From: Mobula hypostoma
Taxonomy: Eukaryota
Reading direction: 5' to 3'
DNA length: 64,000 nt
NCBI RefSeq assembly: GCF_963921235.1
Contig: NC_086101.1
Location: 27,962,001 to 28,026,000 of the forward strand
Positions 25,065 to 36,624 of this stretch are shown piece after piece. Each line of letters starts with the position of its first letter. Within the stretch, counting starts at the first letter, position 1. Below the pieces are notes generated by a model, which saw nothing but the letters and a program-made list of their open reading frames with translations, did not search any database and was not told the DNA's origin. The position numbers and the translations under genes were made by a program.

Positions 25065-26002
25065 TGTCATGTGTGAAGCCAAGCAGAGCTGCAGACGGAT
25101 GATGTTAATGAGAGAGATAACGAGAGACAACGGAGAGCCATTCAAAATGCTAATAAGAGAGAAGAGAGAGATAATGAGAGAGAGACACATAATTCAGTAT
25201 GTTGGCGTCTGCCACAGACAGTTTGCTTTGAACCTGAACTGAATCCTGCTGAGACAATAGGAAGTGTGAAGTTTGATGGACAGGTGATAGCCCATCAGGG
25301 GGATAAAAATAGCGGGTTTTCTAAGGCACGGGACACACGCCACGAGACCCTGGAAAGAGCATTGTGCCCCACAAGTTGGTGGGAGTTTGGAAGACCGATT
25401 CGTGGGAATCGGTCAGAGGCTCACAGGGTGTAAAGGTACGACCAGTGGGGAGATGTTGTGTGTCCGCCCTTGCCTGGGTGCCGGCTTCACCATGGAAGAA
25501 CGGTCGCATCCGGACCGGAGGGGTCACAGTCGGTGACCACAGCGGGATCGGAAGGCGTCGAAAGGTTTGCCTGAAACCTCATCTATCTATCTATCTGTCT
25601 ATCTATCTATCTATCTGTCTTTCTGTCTATCTCTCTCTCTATCTCTCTATCCCTCTCCCTCCCTCCCTCCCTCCCTCCCCCCTCCCCCCTCCCCCCTCCC
25701 TCCCCCTCCCCCCCCAACTGTGCAACAACAGCGATTATTTCGAACTGCACTACACTGAACTGAACTCTGCTTCACCTAAGTCTGATCATTTTACCCCTAG
25801 ACTGCGATAGAGCTTGGTTGATTCCTATTACCCTGTGTCTGTGTATACTATCATTGCTAACCTGTTACATTTATATCCTTGCGGTTAGTGTACTGTATTA
25901 CTTATTTTTGTTAATAAAACTTTATTAGTTTCTAGTAATCACAGACTCCAACGAGTGTTCCATTTCTACTGGTTTGACAACCCAGTTACGGGGTATGTAA
26001 CA
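25065..26002 (+). mobile_element. Solo LTR, diverged family member, opposite orientation, inserted in a CR1 3' tail
   Basis: TGTCATG...TGTAACA; right end is the reverse complement of the LTR start at 105; 4-bp TSD CCGT (25061-25064, 26003-26006). Confidence 0.88.
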
Positions 26003-27909
26003 CCGTGCTGTAATTGTTATATGGTAATATAGGATTAGGAAGCTTTTAGAAACCTACAAGGAGCAATTAAAAGAGTCATTAGAAGGGAAAAGATGAAATA
26101 TGAAAGCAAGCTAGCAAATAATATCAAAGCGGATAATGAAAGCTTTTTCAAGAATGTAAAAAAATATAAGAGAGATGAGAGTAGCTATAGGGCTGGAAGA
26201 GAAATAACGGGGGACAAGCAGATAGCTGATGAACTAAATGAGTATTTTGTGTCAGTCTTCACTGTGGAAGACACTAGCAGTGTGCCAGATGTTGAAGGGT
26301 GTGAGGGAAGAGAAGTGAGTGCAGTTACTATTACAAGGTGCACAAAAAGCTGAAAGACCCAAGGCTACATAAGTTACCGGGACCAGATGAACTGCACCCT
26401 CGGGTTCTGAAAGAGGTAGCAGTTGAGATTGTGGAGGCGTTATTAATGATCTTCCAAATGTCATTGGACTCTGACATGACTTGAGGAAGCTGATGAAGGT
26501 GATTGATGAGAACAGTACAGTAATTGTCTACATAAACTTGCAGTAGCATTTGACAAGATCTCTCATTGGAGGCTGATCCAGAAAATTAAGATGCAGGGGA
26601 TCTAATTTGATCTGCCCCAATTTAATTCTTCTCAAGGTCCAGATTTATCCATAACTATCTTAAACTGTGAGGAACACACACAATATGCTGGAGGGACTCA
26701 GCAGGCTAGGCAGCATCTATGGGAAAAGAACAAGCAGTTGACGTTTTGGGCCAAGAGCCTTGGCCAGGACTGGTAAAGGAAGAGGTCAGACTGAGAAGGT
26801 GGGGGGAGGGAAGGAAGACGTACAAAGCGGAAGGTGAAAGATGAAACCTGGATAGGGGGAGGGGTGAAGTAAAGAGCTGGGAAGTTGATTAGGGAAAGAG
26901 ATAAAAGGCTGGAGAAGGGGGAATCTGATAGGAGAGGATAGAAGACCATGGAAGAAAAGGAAGAGGGAAGAGTACCAGCAGGAGGTGATGGACAGGTAAG
27001 GAGACTAGGTGAGAGAGGGTAACAGGAATGGGAAATGGTTTTACCTATCACCTCCACCTTGTACGTCTTCCTCCCCTCCCCCCACCTTCTTACTCTGACT
27101 TCTCTTTCTTTTCAGTCTTGATGAAGGGTCTCGGTCTGAAACGTCAACTATACTCTTTTCCATAGATTCTGCTTTAGTCTGCTGAGTTCCTCCAGTACTT
27201 TGGGTGTGTTGTTTTGGATTTCCAGCATTTACAGATTTTCTTGTGTTTGTAAAAACCTTAAGGAGTTGTGATCACACTTCCCAAAATACCCTCTGATTAA
27301 AAGACAGGATCGGTGCTTCAAATGTAGTAGTGTAGTGGGTGAGACTTTGGACCAGGGGTTCCCAACTCGGGGTCCACTGACCCCTTGCTCGATGGTATTG
27401 GTCCATGGTGTAAAAAAGATTGGTAGCCCCTGCAGTCACAGTTCTGCAGACACATTGCTTATAATTTGAAAGCTAAATTTTATTCATGAAAAGGTATTTA
27501 GGGAATGGTAGATAATAAAACTTTTCTCATGGCATAAGGCTGAGATTTAGGGGGACAGCTGAGAGGTTTAGAGTGGACCTGGGAAGGATTTTTTTCACCC
27601 AGAAGCGGCTTGGAAGCCAGAGCATACTGCCTGAGGGGGTGGTGGAGACAGTGACTGTCATAAATGCTAAAAAAAAGTCTGGACCAGCTCTAAAATCACT
27701 AAGACACTGAAGGTTACAGATCAAATGCTGATAAATCGGGTCTGTATTTATTAGATCAGCATGGAGATGGTGGGCCAAATGGGCTTTTCCTCTGCTCTGC
27801 AATTCCATACGGATAGTCTTGTTTTTTAGACGATGTGGCTGCTTCTCAAAACACACAGAACAAGTTCCAAATCATGGTAAACACCCATCGACTGTTTGTG
27901 TGCTGACAG

Positions 27910-28182
27910 GTTTCCATACCCTGCAGCAGATATTTGGCTGTGAACTGAAGGAGGACGGGACCTCAAGTGGCTTCTCCCATTACAGCTGGGACGGCGAGGA
28001 TGTGATGCGCTTTGACCAGGGCCACATGTTCTGGGTGACACCATCATCGTGGGCACAGAACATTAAAAACCAGTGCACTGGTGATGAGGTCCGTGTTAAG
28101 AGACTGAAGGACTTCCTGGAGAAGGAGTGTCTGCAGTGGCTGCAGAGATACACAGAATACGGAGAGAGGGAATCGCGAGTGG
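27910..28182 (+). CDS. Gene A exon 3 (MHC class I alpha2 domain)
   Basis: GACAG acceptor, G|GTGAGT donor, 273 bp; FHTLQQIFGCEL...YSWDGED...FLEKECLQWLQRY with the C101-C164 pair. Confidence 0.95.
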
Positions 28183-28780
28183 GTGAGTGGTGGCGAGGGG
28201 TAGATCCCAGGGTTGTGGGTCAGGAAATGAAACAATGAGGGTGGGGGGAGGTGAGTTCTAACAGTGATGGAGTGAGGGATGGGAGAGTGGTGATTGCTGA
28301 GAGGGTCTCTCTCTGAGTGGTATGAGAGTGTTGGGGGAATCCTGTCTGTAGGGGATTCTCTCTCTCTGTCTGGGTTGGGCTCTACCAGATTCTCTGTTCC
28401 TCTCAGACTCTGTGTGGGTGGGGTGTTCACTGTCTCTCCATCTCTCTCTCTCTCACCATCCCGCCCTCAGTCGCCATCTCTCCCTCTTCCTGTCCCTCAC
28501 ACTCTTCCTGTCGTTGAACCTGCAAACTTCTGTCACCTGCCTTGTCCCTGCCCTATTCCTTAACAGCAGCTCAAGTATCGCCCACTCTCTCATTGCGACT
28601 TCTATGTACTGAGCAAGGAAGCTTTCCTGAATACATTTGATAAACTCTATCACATCCAGTCCTTTTACAGTAGAAGTCCCAGTCAATCTGTAGAAAATTA
28701 AAGTCACCTCTATCTTGATCTCTAAACATTCTTTTCTTTTCTCCCCCTCCCCCTCCTTCTATCTCTCTTCCGTTCCCCAG

Positions 28781-29044
28781 TGCCTCCCCAGATGACGATC
28801 ACGCCTTCGGCCAACAGCCTGCACCTCTCCTGCTTGGCCACCGGCTTCCACCCCCCATCTATCGAGGTGACCCTGTTGAGGAATGGGACCATCTTACCCG
28901 AGACCCAATCCAGTGGGCTCCTGCCCAATCACGACGGCACCCACCAGATCCAGAAGTGGGTGCTGGTGGACCCCGCGGACCCGGGCCCGTTCTCCTGTCG
29001 GGTGGAGCACAGCGGACTGGAGGACGCCGTCACCCGGATTTACA
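28781..29044 (+). CDS. Gene A exon 4 (alpha3, Ig C1 domain)
   Basis: CCCCAG acceptor, A|GTGAGT donor, 264 bp; LSCLATGFHP...LPNHDGTHQ...FSCRVEHSGL. Confidence 0.95.
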
Positions 29045-29222
29045 GTGAGTTGATCGGTCATCCTGAGGGAGGGTCCGGCTGCACTCGCGGGTGAGGAGTG
29101 GGAGTTGTGTGGGGAGGTGTCTGAGGGGGGCCCACAGCTGTGCAGGGGGAGATTCTCAAACACCTCACAAAGGGAGGTCGAGCCAAGGGTGTCCTGGGAC
29201 AGGACAGAGCAGGGCTGGTATA

Positions 29223-30792
29223 CAGGTTTCCCCCGCCATCCGAAGGTAGAGTGTTCCTATGAAACGGTTTGTAAGCCGAAATGTCATAAAGCAAAGAAGC
29301 AATTACCATTTATTTACATGGGAAAATTTTGTGAGCGTTCGCAAACCCAAAAACAACCTACCAAATCATGCCAAATAACATATAAAACCTAAAATAACAG
29401 TAACATATAGTAAAAGCAGGAATGATATGATAAGTACACAGTCTATATAAAGTAGAAATACTTCTCTACAACGATTGCCTGCACAGATCTCCGTAGTGAA
29501 AATCTCACGTAAGTGCTTTCAGCAGAAAATCTCACGCAAGCGCTGTTGGCATAAATGCGCTCTCCAGTAACCTGTAAACTATGAAGCTGCCAAATCTACC
29601 AAATAACACATAAAAATACACAGCCTATATAAAGTAGAAATAATGTATGTACAGTGAGTATCACTTACCGGAATTGGGAAAACAGTGCTGAGCACACTGA
29701 TGATGGTGTGTTAGGCTGAGTCGTCGCAGGCTGGGTGGTGCAGTGGCCCCCACCCTCCGGGCCGCCGACCCGATACATTGCCGCGAAGAACACAGCGGTA
29801 GCCGGGAGGCAAACAGCACATCGTTAAGAAAAAAGCCAAAATAAATATGCTAATTAATTAGGTGCTGCCCGGCACGTAAATGTCGGCGCAGATTGCCAAT
29901 TGCATCGCCTCTGATCTGGGTCGACAATTACGTGCCAGGCGGCACCTAATTATTTAGCATGTTTATTTGGGCTTTTTTCTTAAAGATTTGCTGTGTGCCT
30001 CCCAGCTACCACTGCGTTCTTCGCGAGTCGGTACAGTATCTGTCCGGGGCCCGGCTGTCGGGGTGGTGGGACACGGGGGTGTCATCTCATCGTCGATCAG
30101 GGCAGGCAACTCATCTTCTCCTATGACTGCCCGCCTCGATGTCGAAGGTCGAGGTTCGTCGTCTGCTGTGGCTGATGTGGAAGGCTTGCTTGACTGCTGA
30201 GCCTCGCGCATTTTTCTATCATACAGTTGTTTGTAAGCACTCAAACCATCCTGCAAATATCCCCTAAAGCTACGTACCCTTTCAAAATTAAAGTCGTACT
30301 TTATCATTGCAGCGAAAATCTCACGCAGCTGCTTCACTTTCTGCATTCGGTTTCGATTGTTATCCTTTCCTCTTCCAATTGCATCAGCTCTTCATCTATC
30401 AGTTCTTGGTCATGGGATGCCAAAACCTCTTCAACATCATCTTCGTCAACTTCCACAAGCCAAACTCACTTTGTCCTTGCTTTGTTCACCACGATCGAAA
30501 TGCTTATTTATGTCTAGTTTTACGCTAAGTGTAACACCCTTACTCTTTCAGGCTTTTCCGACACCTTAGAACTCATCTTGCTAACGGTTGCTCAATGCAA
30601 CGTCTTTAAGCAATGCCGTTGCGAATCCGGGGCAGAGCTGCCCCTTTTATGGCGCGCTGTTTTTTTTGTCGCGCGCTGCCTTTCTTCGTAACAGTGAAAA
30701 CACCTTCTGAAAGCGAAAACAGGGTACTAATGTAGGTCTTTCGTAACAGTGAGGTTTCGTAAAGTGAACGTTCAAAAAGCGGGGGACACCTG
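29223..30792 (-). mobile_element. Tigger/pogo-like DNA transposon
   Basis: TIR CAGGTTTCCCCCGC / GCGGGGGACACCTG (1 mismatch), TA on both sides, transposase C-terminal remnant (about 30100-30570, minus). Confidence 0.85.
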
Positions 30793-31022
30793 TATCCTAA
30801 ATTATTTCAGTGCAGGTCAGTGGGTTATTCCAGGGCAGATTGGTGTATTCCGTATTCTGACAGGTGGCCAGACCTTGGTCATTACAGTCTGATCTGGTGT
30901 GCTGTGTTATTACAGTCGTGGCCAGTGCTTCTTGGCAAATTACCACACAGGGTGGTGTGCCCTTGGTGATTGTGGCCTGTGTAACTGTGAACTTCCTACA
31001 CCCTCTCCAATTCTCTCCCCAG

Positions 31023-31118
31023 AGCGGGAAGCTCAATCCCGGATCCTATTAATAGTCGGGCTCCTGGCCATCCTTGTGGTTCTCGCCATCACCATTGGTG
31101 CTGTGTACAGGTGGCGAG
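31023..31118 (+). CDS. Gene A exon 5 (transmembrane)
   Basis: CTCCCCAG acceptor, G|GTAGGG donor, 96 bp; KREAQSRILLIVGLLAILVVLAITIGAVYRWR. Confidence 0.92.
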
Positions 31119-31149
31119 GTAGGGCTGGGGAGAACTGAGCATGGGGGGG

Positions 31150-31560
31150 GTGGGAGAAATGGGGGGAGAATCTGTTGGGGTAGTGTGAGGGTTCCAAAGA
31201 GGGGTTGGGAGAGATGAGGGGAGGATCTGTTGGGGGAGGGGGAGGGTTGGGAGAGATGAGGGGAGGAACTGTTGGGGGAGGGGGAGGGTTGGGAGAGATG
31301 AGGGGAGGATCTGTTAGAGGGGGAGGGTTGGGAGAGATGAGGGGAGAATCTGTTGGGAGAGGGGGGGGTTGGGAGAGATGAGGGGAGAATCTGTTGGGGG
31401 AGGGGGAGTGTTGGGAGAGATGAGGGGAGAATCTGTTGGGGGAGGGGGAGGGTTAGGAGAGATGAGGGGAGGGTCTGTTGGGGGTGTGAGGGTTCTAAAG
31501 GGGAGTTGGAAGAGATGGGGGGAGCATCCTTTGGGGGAGTGTGAGCGTTCTAAATGGAGA
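31150..31560 (+). repeat. G-rich 42-bp minisatellite in gene A intron 5
   Basis: GAGATG recurs at 31211, 31253, 31295, 31334, 31375, 31417, 31459. Confidence 0.9.
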
Positions 31561-31670
31561 GAGATGGGGCAGAGTGTGAGGATCCTAAAGGGAGGGGTGG
31601 AGTCTGTGGGGGTCAGTTTTGTCTATCCCAGTCCATCAGCCGCACTCACCAGGTCTCCTTGTTTTCGCAG

Positions 31671-31703
31671 TGGGAGTGAAGAGGAAGTACAATGCCACAC
31701 GGA
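31671..31703 (+). CDS. Gene A exon 6 (cytoplasmic, Tyr-containing)
   Basis: TTGTTTTCGCAG acceptor, A|GTAAGT donor, 33 bp; VGVKRKYNATR. Confidence 0.85.
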
Positions 31704-32398
31704 GTAAGTTCAATATCAGTGCTCCTCTCCTCCCCCTTGATTATGTGACGATAAACTCCTTGTGGGTCTGTGTGTCTGTCTCTCCCTCTCTCAGTGGAGC
31801 CATGAGACAAGTTCCGGAGTTGCGGGGGGGGGGGGTCACACAACTCGGGGAAGATCAAAGGGCTTCAGAACAGTTCACCTCAGGGGTTCCAGAATGGGGA
31901 ACGTTGCTGCTGGGGATGGAATGGAGAAGCCAGGTTGTTGTTTAGGGAACAGAGGGAGAAGGGTGAGACATGGATTAAAAGTGATGAACTGTGTGGGGCA
32001 TGTGGGGAGGGACAGTTCCCACTGCGGGAGTGGTCAGGAACCAGGGGTCAGAGAATGTTTCTGATCAGCCAAAGAATCAAGTGTGGTCTGGGGAAATATG
32101 TACACAAGTAAGTTGTTAGGCTGGGGAATACAGCCCCTAGGGGATGGGGAGCACAGCACCCCCCCCCCCGGAGGGGACGGGGAGCTGAGCGCCCCTGGGG
32201 ACACACAAGGGACACACAGAAAGGAATTATTCAGGGGAATGGTTTCCACCCATCGGGCACCTACTGTGGTTCTCTCTCTATTTCCAAGCCCCTCTCCCTG
32301 ATTCTTTCCCAGTCCATGGTCAGTGACTCCCTCCCTCTCCTACCCCCTCTCCGTCCCTGACAGTGAACGGATTCTAACTCTTGCCCTTCCATTCGCAG

Positions 32399-32446
32399 CC
32401 ACAGATGATGCAGGATTTGCGGCAAGTTCCCTCAGCAGTACTTCAG
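32399..32446 (+). CDS. Gene A exon 7 (cytoplasmic, Ser-rich)
   Basis: CTTCCATTCGCAG acceptor, G|GTAGGA donor, 48 bp; TTDDAGFAASSLSSTS. Confidence 0.8.
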
Positions 32447-33350
32447 GTAGGAATGGTGTTGATTGACACTCGGCTCCCAACCGGCTCATTACAGATGCTC
32501 CTTACTGTATCAGCTCTGTGTGCCCCTCCTTTGCCTCCGTAGTGTGGTGAGGGGTAGAAAATTGGAATGTGGGGCCAATGGGTTAGTGAGACAATGAGAT
32601 TACTCCATCAGCTGGTAAGCACTAAATGAGCCAAATAGTCTCCATCAGTAGTGTAAGGAAATATTGATCTATATGAAATATCTTCAAATCCCTTAATTCC
32701 TCTAATATCCAACGATCTGTTGAACCCAGTCATGGATACACACCCAATCCTATCGGGAGGAAAATTCCGCTGGCTCAGGATGGTGACATCTTGTTCTCAT
32801 CTCCTAGGTCTCAACTGGTGTAGACCCTAACAGCAAGGAAGCATGTCCTTTGGCTCATTGCATCTGCACCAACCAACAAACACGCACACGTACATTCTAA
32901 GCATTCACAGTCGAAGCATTAAATATGCAGAGTAACAGAGTACAGAAGCAGCCAGTCTCGTCAATGCCAACCATGGTGTCCATTTGACCAACATCTCATG
33001 TATTGGACCAAATGTTATCGTATCCTCTGGCAGCTCGTACCAAATTCCCATCACCCTCTGTGTCCTGAAGTTGCTCTTTCCTCTCTCACCTTTAAACTCT
33101 GCCCTCTGGTTTTTGATTCCCTTTCCCTGGGTCTGATGGGCTTCACTGGGATTGGGGCTGGGGGGTGGGGGGGAGGAGACGTTGCTGATGGGGTTTTCCG
33201 GGGAGTGCCAGTGATGGAAGCCGAGAGATGGTGGGGGGGAGAGGGAGTGTCTGAGGGAGGGGTGGGGAATGGGGTGGTGCACAGGAAGTCCAGTTGACTC
33301 TGGGCCCAATGGTTTGCTTAACTCTGATGTGACTGATCTCTCTTCTGCAG

Positions 33351-33442
33351 TGATCTCACTGGCAGTCAGTGAGGACGAGAAGTTGTCCGAGGAGAGGACT
33401 GAGAGACTATGGGGACATTTCCTATGGGGGGGATCTTATTGA
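33351..33442 (+). CDS. Gene A terminal exon; stop codon supplied by the inserted CR1
   Basis: CTCTTCTGCAG acceptor; VISLAVSEDEKLSEERTERLWGHFLWGGSY*; homologous to gene B 61507-61584. Confidence 0.72.
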
Positions 33443-33822
33443 AACGTATAAAATCCTAAAGGGATTGGACAGGCTAGATGCAGGAAGATTGTTCCCCATG
33501 TTGGGGAAGTCCAGAATGAGGGGTCACAGTTTGAGGATAAAGGGGAAACCTTTTAGGACTGAGATTAGGAAAAACTTCTTCACACAGAGAGTGGTGAATC
33601 TGTGGAATTCCCTGCCACAGGAAACAGTTGAGGCCAGTTCATTGGCTATATTTAAGAGGGAGTTAGATATGGCCCTTGCGGCTAAAGGAATCGGGGGTAT
33701 GGAGGGAAGGCTGGTACAGGGTTCTGAGTTGGATGATCAGCCATGATCATACTGAATGGCGGTGCAGGCTCGAAGGGCCAAATGGCCTACTCCTGCACCT
33801 ATTTTCTATGTTTCTATGTTTC
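33422..33822 (+). mobile_element. 5'-truncated CR1 3' end inserted in gene A's last coding exon
   Basis: GDLIETYKILKGLDRLD...GHSLRI...NLWNSLP; (TTTCTATG)n tail; TTTC on both sides. Confidence 0.9.
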
Positions 33823-34559
33823 AGCTCATCGCTTCAAGTCAACACTGCTTGATTCTGGATTGGGTCTCTGTGGATCTGTGCTGGTACCATCAGCTCCCAC
33901 ACACTGCAGTTACTGTACATAACATGCCAGATGCATGTCGCTTATTCACAAATCACACGACCAGTCCAAACCTGTATATCCTCCCTTCATGCTGTGCAGA
34001 ACCAGATGGGATTTGTCCACCTTCAACACCCTCTCTCTCCGTCTCCAACCTCTCCCTCCGTCTCCAACCTCTCCCTTCCACATTGCCACAGCTTTTGTTT
34101 TCAAATCCTTCCCAATTCTAATAGGAGAGTCATTAGTTTAAAATGTTAATCAATTCCTCCCCCTAATGCCTGCCTCTGCACTTTCGACTGGAACCTTATC
34201 TTGCCATTTGTAAACTCTCTGAGCCAGATAATATGTATAACCCAAATGCGTTTTGGTATGTCTTGTATTCCTGTAGTTGTGTTGGTCCACTGAACTGTCT
34301 ACAATTTAAAACCAATACACCTTTCAAGATAGGACCCTCAAGGGCTAGGGTGGGCTGTGGACAGTGATAATTGTAACTGTAAATAGTGGTATTTATGAAA
34401 TATTGAGATGTGTATAATAAGAGTATTGTTGCGATATTGTATCCATTTGTATAAACGTAGCTATACAATTTTAAAAACAGCTGGTGTAGGTTTGATGGGC
34501 TGAATGGCCTTTTCTGTGTCAAAAGGAACCATGGGAAACAGCAATCACAGGTGTCCTGT

Positions 34560-36480
34560 ATTGACTAGCTTAGGTTTGGATTTATATCCTTGTGGGTAGG
34601 TTTGCTAGAGTTGTTCAGCAGGGTTTAAAATAATTTGGCAGGGGGATAGGAACTGGAGTGATGGTGCTGAGGATGAGTTTACGAGAGAGGCAATATAGCC
34701 ACTTCGGTGATGAATATCTGTTATCTGTCAAATAGGGGACCGTGCACAATTTTGATTTGATGGAGACAGACGTGAGAACATCTGGAAAACTTCTGAAATG
34801 CCGCTTTGCTGCCGCTTTGCTGCCGCTGCTACTGTGTGGTAACCGGAATCTCCGGAGCTGAAGGCCCCAAAATCCTCAGCTTTGCATGTTTCAGCGGCCA
34901 GGGAGAGGTCGAAGGCGCTCGGCAGAGGATGGCGTTCGGGAGGCTGTATCAGAGAGACTGGTCAGAAGCGCCAAGTTTTCGCACGGACGGACTCAGTGTC
35001 GGCTGGGGTCGGCTGCTTCCAAGGTATCGGCAAGTTGACGGTGCCTGGAGGTTTATGGCAAGGAGTTTCTCACTTTTGCCGCCTGCTATCGGGGACTCGG
35101 GAGTCGATCGACTCGGGACTTTGAGGCTTTTTTTACTGTTCCCATGGTCTGTTCTTTATCAAATTATGGTATTGCTTTGCACTGCTGTAACTATATGTTA
35201 TAATTATTTGGTTCTGTCAGTGTTAGTCTTTGGTCCAGCTTGTTTTCCGTGACATCACTCTAGAGAAACATTGTATCATTTCTTAATGCATGTATGCATT
35301 TCTAAATGACAATAAAAGATGACTGAGTGTTCTCATAATCTAAGTATGTAGTGAGACTCCTAGGAATGAGAGACTGATGATGGGGCAAGATTGTAGACAA
35401 CGGGATGAGTTACAATGTAAAAGGCAGACAAAATGGAAAAGGATGAATACAGGACTGAAGGTGTTATATTTGAATGTGTGCAGTATATGGAATAAGGTAG
35501 ATAAGCTTGTAGCCCAGTTATAGGTTGACATGTGATGTTGAAGCCATCACTGAGTCATGGCTGAAGGAAGATGATCGAAGGCACAGGATACATACATCCC
35601 AAAGAGGAAGAAGTATTCTAAAGGCAAGATGACATAACCGTAGCTAACAAGAGAAGTAAAAATCAATATAAAGTCTAAACAGAGGGCTACAATAGAGAAA
35701 AATCTGTGGGAAGTTAGGATTGGGATGCTTCTAAAAACCAACAGCAGGCAACCTAAAAAAAGTCGTTAATTAAGAAGGTAAAGATGGAATACAAAAGTAA
35801 TCTAGCCAACAAGATTAAAGAGGATAACAAAAGTTTCCTCAGATATATAAAGTGTAAAAGAAAGGTGAGAGTGGATATCGGACCATTGGAAAATGATGCT
35901 GGTGAGGTAGTAATGGGACACAAGGAAATGCTGGGTGAATGGACTGAACCTTTTGCACCAGTCTTCATTGTGAATCACACCAGCAGTGTGGTGGAATTTC
36001 TAGATGTAAGGGGTCAGAAGTGTGTGAAGTTGCCATTATTAGGGAGAAGGTTCTTGGGAAACTGAAAGGTCTGAAAGCAATTTAGTCACCTGAACCAGAT
36101 GGGGTACACCCCAGAACTAGCATCTTAACAGCAAGGATATAATGTGATGTTGAGACTTTATAAGGCATTGGTGAGGGCTCTCTTGGAGTATTGTGAGCTC
36201 TTATCTTAGAATGGACTTGCTGAAGCTGGAGAGGATAAAAGCAGGTTGATGAAAATGATTCCAGGATTGAACAGCTTGTCATGTGAAGAGCGTTTGATGG
36301 CTCAGGGTTAGCATTCGCTAGAATTCAGAAGAACAAGTCGTCAGCTCATTGCTGCCTATCAAACGGTGAGAGGCCTTGAGGGAGTGGATGTGGAGAGGAT
36401 GTTTCCTATGGTGGAAGTGTAAGACCAGAAGACGCGGCCTGGGAATAGAGGTTCATCCTTTGAGAACAGAGATAGGGCAT
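34560..36480 (+). mobile_element. Degenerate CR1 fragments with an embedded unclassified repeat (about 34695-35340)
   Basis: YKSNLANKIKEDNKSFLRYIK and related CR1 motifs. Confidence 0.65.
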
Positions 36481-36624
36481 ACCCAGCCTCTAGTGAAAGC
36501 ACATGCCCTCTAATCCAGGCAGCATCCAGGTAAACATCTTCTGCACCCTCTCCAAAGCCTCAACATCCTTCCTGTAGTGGGGCAATCAGAACTGTATGCA
36601 ATATATTCTATGTTTTATCACTGC

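Noticed and set aside
28870-28890. Loss of the canonical Ig C1 tryptophan in alpha3 (EVTLLRNG / EVTLWKNG) as evidence of pseudogenisation or novelty
   Set aside because: Both paralogues have L at this position, and from recollection shark class I alpha3 domains commonly do too; not treated as distinctive without an alignment.
12043-33442. Assignment to a named lineage (UAA, UBA, UDA, UEA, UFA/CD1) or a gene symbol
   Set aside because: Classical UAA is excluded by the missing anchors, but choosing among non-classical lineages needs a phylogeny I cannot run.
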